From: Auanema rhodensis
Taxonomy: Eukaryota; Animalia; Nematoda
NCBI GenBank assembly: GCA_964057225.1
Contig: OZ059900.1
Span: forward strand, 17,422,001-17,486,000
Reading direction: 5' to 3'
Length of the DNA stretch: 64,000 nucleotides
A program made the translations under genes and the position numbers. The notes below the pieces were generated by a model that made no database searches, was not told the origin of the DNA, and saw only the letters and a program-made list of their open reading frames with translations. Each line of letters starts with the position of its first letter. The stretch's first letter is position 1. Of the stretch, positions 26,401-40,600 are shown one piece after another.

Positions 26401-29400
26401 GAAACCTAGCTCAAAATTGTTCGTACAACGTCTAGTTCCACTTTCACGACAAAAAAACAGGGGTTAGAAAATTAAGGAAATTAGCATATTCTGAGGGCAC
26501 GCCCCTTATGGCTAATATTGATTAAATCGATTTTTGTTCATATGAGTCGTCAAATGCAACGAATTTCAGCGTGTTACATACTAAAATGAAGCATTTTACA
26601 TGCTGAACACTAGAAAAATACAAAAACACAGTATTTCCCATGAGAAATATTTTATTATGCTGGAAAACCAGTTTTTGGAAATTTCGCTGTAAACAAGGTT
26701 TTGACTTACGATTTCATGTGTTCAAACTCATGCAATGTCAATGAAACCTAGCTCAAAATTGTTCGTACAACGTCTAGTTCCACTTTCACGACAAAAAAAC
26801 AAGGGTTAGAAAATTAAGGAAATTAGCATATTCTGAGGGCACGCCCCTTATGGCTAATATTGATTAAATCGATTTTTGTTCATATGAGTCGTCAAATGCA
26901 ACGAATTTCAGCGTGTTACATACTAAAATGAAGCATTTTACATGCTGAACACTATAAAAATACAAAAACACAGTATTTCCCATGAGAAATATTTTATTAT
27001 GCTGGAAAACCAGTTTTTGGAAATTTCGCTGTAAACAAGGTTTTGACTTACGATTTCATGTGTTCAAACTCATGCAATGTCAATGAAACCTAGCTCAAAA
27101 TTGTTCGTACAACGTCTAGTTCCACTTTCACGACAAAAAAACAGGGGTTAGAAAATTAAGGAAATTAGCATATTCTGAGGGCACGCCCCTTATGGCTAAT
27201 ATTGATTAAATCGATTTTTGTTCATATGAGTCGTCAAATGCAACGAATTTCAGCGTGTTACATACTAAAATGAAGCATTTTACATGCTGAACACTAGAAA
27301 AATACAAAAACACAGTATTTCCCATGAGAAATATTTTATTATGCTGGAAAACCAGTTTTTGGAAATTTCGCTGTAAACAAGGTTTTGACTTACGATTTCA
27401 TGTGTTCAAACTCATGCAATGTCAATGAAACCTAGCTCAAAATTGTTCGTACAACGTCTAGTTCCACTTTCACGACAAAAAAACAAGGGTTAGAAAATTA
27501 AGGAAATTAGCATATTCTGAGGGCACGCCCCTTATGGCTAATATTGATTAAATCGATTTTTGTTCATATGAGTCGTCAAATGCAACGAATTTCAGCGTGT
27601 TACATACTAAAATGAAGCATTTTACATGCTGAACACTATAAAAATACAAAAACACAGTATTTCCCATGAGAAATATTTTATTATGCTGGAAAACCAGTTT
27701 TTGGAAATTTCGCTGTAAACAAGGTTTTGACTTACGATTTCATGTGTTCAAACTCATGCAATGTCAATGAAACCTAGCTCAAAATTGTTCGTACAACGTC
27801 TAGTTCCACTTTCACGACAAAAAAACAAGGGTTAGAAAATTAAGGAAATTAGCATATTCTGAGGGCACGCCCCTTATGGCTAATATTGATTAAATCGATT
27901 TTTGTTCATATGAGTCGTCAAATGCAACGAATTTCAGCGTGTTACATACTAAAATGAAGCATTTTACATGCTGAACACTATAAAAATACAAAAACACAGT
28001 ATTTCCCATGAGAAATATTTTATTATGCTGGAAAACCAGTTTTTGGAAATTTCGCTGTAAACAAGGTTTTGACTTACGATTTCATGTGTTCAAACTCATG
28101 CAATGTCAATGAAACCTAGCTCAAAATTGTTCGTACAACGTCTAGTTCCACTTTCACGACAAAAAAACAGGGGTTAGAAAATTAAGGAAATTAGCATATT
28201 CTGAGGGCACGCCCCTTATGGCTAATATTGATTAAATCGATTTTTGTTCATATGAGTCGTCAAATGCAACGAATTTCAGCGTGTTACATACTAAAATGAA
28301 GCATTTTACATGCTGAACACTAGAAAAATACAAAAACACAGTATTTCCCATGAGAAATATTTTATTATGCTGGAAAACCAGTTTTTGGAAATTTCGCTGT
28401 AAACAAGGTTTTGACTTACGATTTCATGTGTTCAAACTCATGCAATGTCAATGAAACCTAGCTCAAAATTGTTCGTACAACGTCTAGTTCCACTTTCAAG
28501 ACAAAAAAACAAGGGTTAGAAAATTAAGGAAATTAGCATATTCTGAGGGCACGCCCCTTATGGCTAATATTGATTAAATCGATTTTTGTTCATATGAGTC
28601 GTCAAATGCAACGAATTTCAGCGTGTTACATACTAAAATGAAGCATTTTACATGCTGAACACTAGAAAAATACAAAAACACAGTATTTCCCATGAGAAAT
28701 ATTTTATTATGCTGGAAAACCAGTTTTTGGAAATTTCGCTGTAAACAAGGTTTTGACTTACGATTTCATGTGTTCAAACTCATGCAATGTCAATGAAACC
28801 TAGCTCAAAATTGTTCGTACAACGTCTAGTTCCACTTTCACGACAAAAAAACAGGGGTTAGAAAATTAAGGAAATTAGCATATTCTGAGGGCACGCCCCT
28901 TATGGCTAATATTGATTAAATCGATTTTTGTTCATATGAGTCGTCAAATGCAACGAATTTCAGCGTGTTACATACTAAAATGAAGCATTTTACATGCTGA
29001 ACACTAGAAAAATACAAAAACACAGTATTTCCCATGAGAAATATTTTATTATGCTGGAAAACCAGTTTTTGGAAATTTCGCTGTAAACAAGGTTTTGACT
29101 TACGATTTCATGTGTTCAAACTCATGCAATGTCAATGAAACCTAGCTCAAAATTGTTCGTACAACGTCTAGTTCCACTTTCACGACAAAAAAACAAGGGT
29201 TAGAAAATTAAGGAAATTAGCATATTCTGAGGGCACGCCCCTTATGGCTAATATTGATTAAATCGATTTTTGTTCATATGAGTCGTCAAATGCAACGAAT
29301 TTCAGCGTGTTACATACTAAAATGAAGCATTTTACATGCTGAACACTAGAAAAATACAAAAACACAGTATTTCCCATGAGAAATATTTTATTATGCTGGA

Positions 29401-29424
29401 AAACCAGTTTTTGGAAATTTCGCT

Positions 29425-32400
29425 GTAAACAAGGTTTTGACTTACGATTTCATGTGTTCAAACTCATGCAATGTCAATGAAACCTAGCTCAAAATTGTTC
29501 GTACAACGTCTAGTTCCACTTTCACGACAAAAAAACAGGGGTTAGAAAACTAAGGAAATTAGCATATTCTGAGGGCACGCCCCTTATGGCTAATATTGAT
29601 TAAATCGATTTTTGTTCATATGAGTCGTCAAATGCAACGAATTTCAGCGTGTTACATACTAAAAGGAAGCATTTTACATGCTGAACACTAGAAAAATACA
29701 AAAACACAGTATTTCCCATGAGAAATATTTTATTATGCTGGAAAACCAGTTTTTGGAAATTTCGCTGTAAACAAGGTTTTGACTTACGATTTCATGTGTT
29801 CAAACTCATGCAATGTCAATGAAACCTAGCTCAAAATTGTTCGTACAACGTCTAGTTCCACTTTCACGACAAAAAAACAGGGGTTAGAAAATTAAGGAAA
29901 TTAGCATATTCTGAGGGCACGCCCCTTATGGCTAATATTGATTAAATCGATTTTTGTTCATATGAGTCGTCAAATGCAACGAATTTCAGCGTGTTACATA
30001 CTAAAATGAAGCATTTTACATGCTGAACACTAGAAAAATACAAAAACACAGTATTTCCCATGAGAAATATTTTATTATGCTGGAAAACCAGTTTTTGGAA
30101 ATTTCGCTGTAAACAAGGTTTTGACTTACGATTTCATGTGTTCAAACTCATGCAATGTCAATGAAACATAGCTCAAAAATGTTCGTACAACGTCTAGTTC
30201 CACTTTCACGACAAAAAAACAGGGGTTAGAAAATTAAGGAAATTAGCATATTCTGAGGGCACGCCCCTTATGGCTAATATTGATTAAATCGATTTTTGTT
30301 CATATGAGTCGTCAAATGCAACGAATTTCAGCGTGTTACATACTAAAATGAAGCATTTTACATGCTGAACACTAGAAAAATACAAAAACACAGTATTTCC
30401 CATGAGAAATATTTTATTATGCTGGAAAACCAGTTTTTGGAAATTTCGCTGTAAACAAGGTTTTGACTTACGATTTCATGTGTTCAAACTCATGCAATGT
30501 CAATGAAACCTAGCTCAAAATTGTTCGTACAACGTCTAGTTCCACTTTCACGACAAAAAAACAGGGGTTAGAAAACTAAGGAAATTAGCATATTCTGAGG
30601 GCACGCCCCTTATGGCTAATATTGATTAAATCGATTTTTGTTCATATGAGTCGTCAAATGCAACGAATTTCAGCGTGTTACATACTAAAATGAAGCATTT
30701 TACATGCTGAACACTAGAAAAATACAAAAACACAGTATTTCCCATGAGAAATATTTTATTATGCTGGAAAACCAGTTTTTGGAAATTTCGCTGTAAACAA
30801 GGTTTTGACTTACGATTTCATGTGTTCAAACTCATGCAATGTCAATGAAACCTAGCTCAAAATTGTTCGTACAACGTCTAGTTCCACTTTCACGACAAAA
30901 AAACAGGGGTTAGAAAATTAAGGAAATTAGCATATTCTGAGGGCACGCCCCTTATGGCTAATATTGATTAAATCGATTTTTGTTCATATGATTCGTCAAA
31001 TGCAACGAATTTCAGCGTGTTACATACTAAAATGAAGCATTTTACATGCTGAACACTAGAAAAATACAAAAACACAGTATTTCCCATGAGAAATATTTTA
31101 TTATGCTGGAAAACCAGTTTTTGGAAATTTCGCTGTAAACAAGGTTTTGACTTACGATTTCATGTGTTCAAACTCATGCAATGTCAATGAAACCTAGCTC
31201 AAAATTGTTCGTACAACGTCTAGTTCCACTTTCACGACAAAAAAACAGGGGTTAGAAAACTAAGGAAATTAGCATATTCTGAGGGCACGCCCCTTATGGC
31301 TAATATTGATTAAATCGATTTTTGTTCATATGAGTCGTCAAATGCAACGACTTTCAGCGTGTTACATACTAAAATGAAGCATTTTACATGCTGAACACTA
31401 GAAAAATACAAAAACACAGTATTTCCCATGAGAAATATTTTATTATGCTGGAAAACCAGTTTTTGGAAATTTCGCTGTAAACAAGGTTTTGACTTACGAT
31501 TTCATGTGTTCAAACTCATGCAATGTCAATGAAACCTAGCTCAAAATTGTTCGTACAACGTCTAGTTCCACTTTCACGACAAAAAAACAGGGGTTAGAAA
31601 ATTAAGGAAATTAGCATATTCTGAGGGCACGCCCCTTATGGCTAATATTGATTAAATCGATTTTTGTTCATATGAGTCGTCAAATGCAACGAATTTTAGC
31701 GTGTTACATACTAAAATGAAGCATTTTACATGCTGAACACTAGAAAAATACAAAAACACAGTATTTCCCATGAGAAATATTTTATTATGCTGGAAAACCA
31801 GTTTTTGGAAATTTCGCTGTAAACAAGGTTTTGACTTACGATTTCATGTGTTCAAACTCATGCAATGTCAATGAAACCTAGCTCAAAATTGTTCGTACAA
31901 CGTCTAGTTCCACTTTCACGACAAAAAAACAGGGGTTAGAAAATTAAGGAAATTAGCATATTCTGAGGGCACGCCCCTTATGGCTAATATTGATTAAATC
32001 GATTTTTGTTCATATGATTCGTCAAATGCAACGAATTTCAGCGTGTTACATACTAAAATGAAGCATTTTACATGCTGAACACTAGAAAAATACAAAAACA
32101 CAGTATTTCCCATGAGAAATATTTTATTATGCTGGAAAACCAGTTTTTGGAAATTTCGCTGTAAACAAGGTTTTGACTTACGATTTCATGTGTTCAAACT
32201 CATGCAATGTCAATGAAACCTAGCTCAAAATTGTTCGTACAACGTCTAGTTCCACTTTCACGACAAAAAAACAGGGGTTAGAAAACTAAGGAAATTAGCA
32301 TATTCTGAGGGCACGCCCCTTATGGCTAATATTGATTAAATCGATTTTTGTTCATATGAGTCGTCAAATGCAACGACTTTCAGCGTGTTACATACTAAAA

Positions 32401-34212
32401 TGAAGCATTTTACATGCTGAACACTAGAAAAATACAAAAACACAGTATTTCCCATGAGAAATATTTTATTATGCTGGAAAACCAGTTTTTGGAAATTTCG
32501 CTGTAAACAAGGTTTTGACTTACGATTTCATGTGTTCAAACTCATGCAATGTCAATGAAACCTAGCTCAAAATTGTTCGTACAACGTCTAGTTCCACTTT
32601 CACGACAAAAAAACAGGGGTTAGAAAATTAAGGAAATTAGCATATTCTGAGGGCACGCCCCTTATGGCTAATATTGATTAAATCGATTTTTGTTCATATG
32701 AGTCGTCAAATGCAACGAATTTCAGCGTGTTACATACTAAAATGAAGCATTTTACATGCTGAACACTAGAAAAATACAAAAACACAGTATTTCCCATGAG
32801 AAATATTTTATTATGCTGGAAAACCAGTTTTTGGAAATTTCGCTGTAAACAAGGTTTTGACTTACGATTTCATGTGTTCAAACTCATGCAATGTCAATGA
32901 AACCTAGCTCAAAATTGTTCGTACAACGTCTAGTTCCACTTTCACGACAAAAAAACAGGGGTTAGAAAATTAAGGAAATTAGCATATTCTGAGGGCACGC
33001 CCCTTATGGCTAATATTGATTAAATCGATTTTTGTTCATATGAGTCGTCAAATGCAACGAATTTCAGCGTGTTACATACTAAAATGAAGCATTTTACATG
33101 CTGAACACTAGAAAAATACAAAAACACAGTATTTCCCATGAGAAATATTTTATTATGCTGGAAAACCAGTTTTTGGAAATTTCGCTGTAAACAAGGTTTT
33201 GACTTACGATTTCATGTGTTCAAACTCATGCAATGTCAATGAAACCTAGCTCAAAATTGTTCGTACAACGTCTAGTTCCACTTTCACGACAAAAAAACAA
33301 GGGTTAGAAAATTAAGGAAATTAGCATATTCTGAGGGCACGCCCCTTATGGCTAATATTGATTAAATCGATTTTTGTTCATATGAGTCGTCAAATGCAAC
33401 GAATTTCAGCGTGTTACATACTAAAATGAAGCATTTTACATGCTGAACACTATAAAAATACAAAAACACAGTATTTCCCATGAGAAATATTTTATTATGC
33501 TGGAAAACCAGTTTTTGGAAATTTCGCTGTAAACAAGGTTTTGACTTACGATTTCATGTGTTCAAACTCATGCAATGTCAATGAAACCTAGCTCAAAATT
33601 GTTCGTACAACGTCTAGTTCCACTTTCACGACAAAAAAACAGGGGTTAGAAAATTTAGGAAATTAGCATATTCTGAGGGCACGCCCCTTATGGCTAATAT
33701 TGATTAAATCGATTTTTGTTCATATGAGTCGTCAAATGCAACGAATTTCAGCGTGTTACATACTAAAATGAAGCATTTTACATGCTGAACACTAGAAAAA
33801 TACAAAAACACAGTATTTCCCATGAGAAATATTTTATTATGCTGGAAAACCAGTTTTTGGAAATTTCGCTGTAAACAAGGTTTTGACTTACGATTTCATG
33901 TGTTCAAACTCATGCAATGTCAATGAAACCTAGCTCAAAATTGTTCGTACAACGTCTAGTTCCACTTTCACGACAAAAAAACAAGGGTTAGAAAATTAAG
34001 GAAATTAGCATATTCTGAGGGCACGCCCCTTATGGCTAATATTGATTAAATCGATTTTTGTTCATATGAGTCGTCAAATGCAACGAATTTCAGCGTGTTA
34101 CATACTAAAATGAAGCATTTTACATGCTGAACACTAGAAAAATACAAAAACACAGTATTTCCCATGAGAAATATTTTATTATGCTGGAAAACCAGTTTTC
34201 GGAAATTTCGCT
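29425..34212 (+). repeat. Variant block A, copy 2 (sister of 15047-21544)
   Basis: [T126C,T241G][cons][C60A,T71A][T126C][G200T][T126C,A217C][C221T][G200T][T126C,A217C][cons][cons][G114A,G267T][A128T][G114A]. Confidence 0.88.
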
Positions 34213-37200
34213 GTAAACAAGGTTTTGACTTACGATTTCATGTGTTCAAACTCATGCAATGTCAATGAAACCTAGCTCAAAATTGTTCGTACAACGTCTA
34301 GTTCCACTTTCACGACAAAAAAACAGGGGTTAGAAAATTAAGGAAATTAGCATATTCTGAGGGCACGCCCCTTATGGCTAATATTGATTAAATCGATTTT
34401 TGTTCATATGAGTCGTCAAATGCAACGAATTTCAGCGTGTTACATACTTAAATGAAGCATTTTACATGCTGAACACTAGAAAAATACAAAAACACAGTAT
34501 TTCCCATGAGAAATATTTTATTATGCTGGAAAACCAGTTTTTGGAAATTTCGCTGTAAACAAGGTTTTGACTTACGATTTCATGTGTTCAAACTCATGCA
34601 ATGTCAATGAAACCTAGCTCAAAATTGTTCGTACAACGTCTAGTTCCACTTTCACGACAAAAAAACAAGGGTTAGAAAATTAAGGAAATTAGCATATTCT
34701 GAGGGCACGCCCCTTATGGCTAATATTGATTAAATCGATTTTTGTTCATATGAGTCGTCAAATGCAACGAATTTCAGCGTGTTACATACTAAAATGAAGC
34801 ATTTTACATGCTGAACACTATAAAAATACAAAAACACAGTATTTCCCATGAGAAATATTTTATTATGCTGGAAAACCAGTTTTTGGAAATTTCGCTGTAA
34901 ACAAGGTTTTGACTTACGATTTCATGTGTTCAAACTCATGCAATGTCAATGAAACCTAGCTCAAAATTGTTCGTACAACGTCTAGTTCCACTTTCACGAC
35001 AAAAAAACAGGGGTTAGAAAATTAAGGAAATTAGCATATTCTGAGGGCACGCCCCTTATGGCTAATATTGATTAAATCGATTTTTGTTCATATGAGTCGT
35101 CAAATGCAACGAATTTCAGCGTGTTACATACTAAAATGAAGCATTTTACATGCTGAACACTAGAAAAATACAAAAACACAGTATTTCCCATGAGAAATAT
35201 TTTATTATGCTGGAAAACCAGTTTTTGGAAATTTCGCTGTAAACAAGGTTTTGACTTACGATTTCATGTGTTCAAACTCATGCAATGTCAATGAAACCTA
35301 GCTCAAAATTGTTCGTACAACGTCTAGTTCCACTTTCACGACAAAAAAACAGGGGTTAGAAAATTAAGGAAATTAGCATATTCTGAGGGCACGCCCCTTA
35401 TGGCTAATATTGATTAAATCGATTTTTGTTCATATGAGTCGTCAAATGCAAGAATTTCAGCGTGTTACATACTAAAATGAAGCATTTTACATGCTGAACA
35501 CTAGAAAAATACAAAAACACAGTATTTCCCATGAGAAATATTTTATTATGCTGGAAAACCAGTTTTTGGAAATTTCGCTGTAAACAAGGTTTTGACTTAC
35601 GATTTCATGTGTTCAAACTCATGCAATGTCAATGAAACCTAGCTCAAAATTGTTCGTACAACGTCTAGTTCCACTTTCACGACAAAAAAACAGGGGTTAG
35701 AAAATTAAGGAAATTAGCATATTCTGAGGGCACGCCCCTTATGGCTAATATTGATTAAATCGATTTTTGTTCATATGAGTCGTCAAATGCAACGAATTTC
35801 AGCGTGTTACATACTAAAATGAAGCATTTTACATGCTGAACACTATAAAAATACAAAAACACAGTATTTCCCATGAGAAATATTTTATTATGCTGGAAAA
35901 CCAGTTTTTGGAAATTTCGCTGTAAACAAGGTTTTGACTTACGATTTCATGTGTTCAAACTCATGCAATGTCAATGAAACCTAGCTCAAAATTGTTCGTA
36001 CAACGTCTAGTTCCACTTTCACGACAAAAAAACAGGGGTTAGAAAACTAAGGAAATTAGCATATTCTGAGGGCACGCCCCTTATGGCTAATATTGATTAA
36101 ATCGATTTTTGTTCATATGAGTCGTCAAATGCAACGAATTTCAGCGTGTTACATACTAAAATGAAGCATTTTACATGCTGAACACTAGAAAAATACAAAA
36201 ACACAGTATTTCCCATGAGAAATATTTTATTATGCTGGAAAACCAGTTTTTGGAAATTTCGCTGTAAACAAGGTTTTGACTTACGATTTCATGTGTTCAA
36301 ACTCATGCAATGTCAATGAAACCTAGCTCAAAATTGTTCGTACAACGTCTAGTTCCACTTTCACGACAAAAAAACAGGGGTTAGAAAACTAAGGAAATTA
36401 GCATATTCTGAGGGCACGCCCCTTATGGCTAATATTGATTAAATCGATTTTTGTTCATATGAGTCGTCAAATGCAACGAATTTCAGCGTGTTACATACTA
36501 AAATGAAGCATTTTACATGCTGAACACTAGAAAAATACAAAAACACAGTATTTCCCATGAGAAATATTTTATTATGCTGGAAAACCAGTTTTTGGAAATT
36601 TCGCTGTAAACAAGGTTTTGACTTACGATTTCATGTGTTCAAACTCATGCAATGTCAATGAAACCTAGCTCAAAACTGTTCGTACAACGTCTAGTTCCAC
36701 TTTCACGACAAAAAAACAGGGGTTAGAAAATTAAGGAAATTAGCATATTCTGAGGGCACGCCCCTTATGGCTAATATTGATTAAATCGATTTTTGTTCAT
36801 ATGAGTCGTCAAATGCAACGAATTTCAGCGTGTTACATACTAAAATGAAGCATTTTACATGCTGAACACTAGAAAAATACAAAAACACAGTATTTCCCAT
36901 GAGAAATATTTTATTATGCTGGAAAACCAGTTTTTGGAAATTTCGCTGTAAACAAGGTTTTGACTTACGATTTCATGTGTTCAAACTCATGCAATGTCAA
37001 TGAAACCTAGCTCAAAATTGTTCGTACAACGTCTAGTTCCACTTTCACGACAAAAAAACAGGGGTTAGAAAATTAAGGAAATTAGCATATTCTGAGGGCA
37101 CGCCCCTTATGGCTAATATTGATTAAATCGATTTTTGTTCATATGAGTCGTCAAATGCAACGAATTTCAGCGTGTTACATACTAAAATGAAGCATTTTAC

Positions 37201-37631
37201 ATGCTGAACACTAGAAAAATACAAAAACACAGTATTTCCCATGAGAAATATTTTATTATGCTGGAAAACCAGTTTTTGGAAATTTCGCTGTAAACAAGGT
37301 TTTGACTTACGATTTCATGTGTTCAAACTCATGCAATGTCAATGAAACCTAGCTCAAAATTGTTCGTACAACGTCTAGTTCCACTTTCACGACAAAAAAA
37401 CAGGGATTAGAAAATTAAGGAAATTAGCATATTCTGAGGGCACGCCCCTTATGGCTAATATTGATTAAATCGATTTTTGTTCATATGAGTCGTCAAATGC
37501 AACGAATTTCAGCGTGTTACATACTGAAATGAAGCATTTTACATGCTGAACACTAGAAAAATACAAAAACACAGTATTTCCCATGAGAAATATTTTATTA
37601 TGCTGGAAAACCAGTTTTTGGAAATTTCGCT

Positions 37632-40600
37632 GTAAACAAGGTTTTGACTTACGATTTCATGTGTTCAAACTCATGCAATGTCAATGAAACCTAGCTCAAA
37701 ATTGTTCGTACAACGTCTAGTTCCACTTTCACGACAAAAAAACAGGGGTTAGAAAACTAAGGAAATTAGCATATTCTGAGGGCACGCCCCTTATGGCTAA
37801 TATTGATTAAATCGATTTTTGTTCATATGAGTCGTCAAATGCAACGAATTTCAGCGTGTTACATACTAAAATGAAGCCTTTTACATGCTGAACACTAGAA
37901 AAAAACAAAAACACAGTATTTCCCATGAGAAATTTTTTATTATGCTGGAAAACCAGTTTTTGGAAATTTCGCTGTAAACAAGGTTTTGACTTACGATTTC
38001 ATGTGCTCAAACTCATGCAATGTCAATGAAACCTAGCTCAAAATTGTTCGTACAACGTCTAGTTCCACTTTCACGACAAAAAAACAGGGGTTAGAAAATT
38101 AAGGAAATTAGCATATTCTGAGGGCACGCCCCTTATGGCTAATATTGATTAAATCGATTTTTGTTCATATGAGTCGTCAAATGCAACGAATTTCAGCGTG
38201 TTACATACTAAAATGAAGCATTTTACATGCTGAACACTAGAAAAATACAAAAACACAGTATTTCCCATGAGAAATATTTTATTATGCTGGAAAACCAGTT
38301 TTTGGAAATTTCGCTGTAAACAAGGTTTTGACTTACGATTTCATGTGTTCAAACTCATGCAATGTCAATGAAACCTAGCTCAAAATTGTTCGTACAACGT
38401 CTAGTTCCACTTTCACGACAAAAAAACAGGGGTTAGAAAATTAAGGAAATTAGCATATTCTGAGGGCACGCCCCTTATGGCTAATATTGATTAAATCGAT
38501 TTTTGTTCATATGAGTCGTCAAATGCAACGAATTTCAGCGTGTTACATACTAAAATGAAGCATTTTACATGCTGAACACTAGAAAAATACAAAAACACAG
38601 TATTTCCCATGAGAAATATTTTATTATGCTGGAAAACCAGTTTTTGGAAATTTCGCTGTAAACAAGGTTTTGACTTACGATTTCATGTGTTCAAACTCAT
38701 GCAATGTCAATGAAACCTAGCTCAAAATTGTTCGTACAACGTCTAGTTCCACTTTCACGACAAAAAAACAAGGGTTAGAAAATTAAGGAAATTAGCATAT
38801 TCTGAGGGCACGCCCCTTATGGCTAATATTGATTAAATCGATTTTTGTTCATATGAGTCGTCAAATGCAACGAATTTCATCGTGTTACATACTAAAATGA
38901 AGCATTTTACATGCTGAACACTAGAAAAATACAAAAACACAGTATTTCCCATGAGAAATATTTTATTATGCTGGAAAACCAGTTTTTGGAAATTTCGCTG
39001 TAAACAAGGTTTTGACTTACGATTTCATGTGTTCAAACTCATGCAATGTCAATGAAACCTAGCTCAAAATTGTTCGTACAACGTCTAGTTCCACTTTCAC
39101 GACAAAAAAACAGGGGTTAGAAAATTAAGGAAATTAGCATATTCTGAGGGCACGCCCCTTATGGCTAATATTGATTAAATCGATTTTTGTTCATATGAGT
39201 CGTCAAATGCAACGAATTTCAGCGTGTTACATACTAAAATGAAGCATTTTACATGCTGAACACTAGAAAAATACAAAAACACAGTATTTCCCATGAGAAA
39301 TATTTTATTATGCTGGAAAACCAGTTTTTGGAAATTTCGCTGTAAACAAGGTTTTGACTTACGATTTCATGTGTTCAAACTCATGCAATGTCAATGAAAC
39401 CTAGCTCAAAATTGTTCGTACAACGTCTAGTTCCACTTTCACGACAAAAAAACAAGGGTTAGAAAATTAAGGAAATTAGCATATTCTGAGGGCACGCCCC
39501 TTATGGCTAATATTGATTAAATCGATTTTTGTTCATATGAGTCGTCAAATGCAACGAATTTCAGCGTGTTACATACTAAAATGAAGCATTTTACATGCTG
39601 AACACTAGAAAAATACAAAAACACAGTATTTCCCATGAGAAATATTTTATTATGCTGGAAAACCAGTTTTTGGAAATTTCGCTGTAAACAAGGTTTTGAC
39701 TTACGATTTCATGTGTTCAAACTCATGCAATGTCAATGAAACCTAGCTCAAAATTGTTCGTACAACGTCTAGTTCCACTTTCACGACAAAAAAACAGGGG
39801 TTAGAAAATTAAGGAAATTAGCATATTCTGAGGGCACGCCCCTTATGGCTAATATTGATTAAATCGATTTTTGTTCATATGAGTCGTCAAATGCAACGAA
39901 TTTCAGCGTGTTACATACTAAAATGAAGCATTTTACATGCTGAACACTAGAAAAATACAAAAACACAGTATTTCCCATGAGAAATATTTTATTATGCTGG
40001 AAAACCAGTTTTTGGAAATTTCGCTGTAAACAAGGTTTTGACTTACGATTTCATGTGTTCAAACTCATGCAATGTCAATGAAACCTAGCTCAAAATTGTT
40101 CGTACAACGTCTAGTTCCACTTTCACGACAAAAAAACAGGGGTTAGAAAATTAAGGAAATTAGCATATTCTGAGGGCACGCCCCTTATGGCTAATATTGA
40201 TTAAATCGATTTTTGTTCATATGAGTCGTCAAATGCAACGAATTTCAGCGTGTTACATACTAAAATGAAGCATTTTACATGCTGAACACTAGAAAAATAC
40301 AAAAACACAGTATTTCCCATGAGAAATATTTTATTATGCTGGAAAACCAGTTTTTGGAAATTTCGCTGTAAACAAGGTTTTGACTTACGATTTCATGTGT
40401 TCAAACTCATGCAATGTCAATGAAACCTAGCTCAAAATTGTTCGTACAACGTCTAGTTCCACTTTCACGACAAAAAAACAGGGGTTAGAAAACTAAGGAA
40501 ATTAGCATATTCTGAGGGCACGCCCCTTATGGCTAATATTGATTAAATCGATTTTTGTTCATATGAGTCGTCAAATGCAACGAATTTCAGCGTGTTACAT

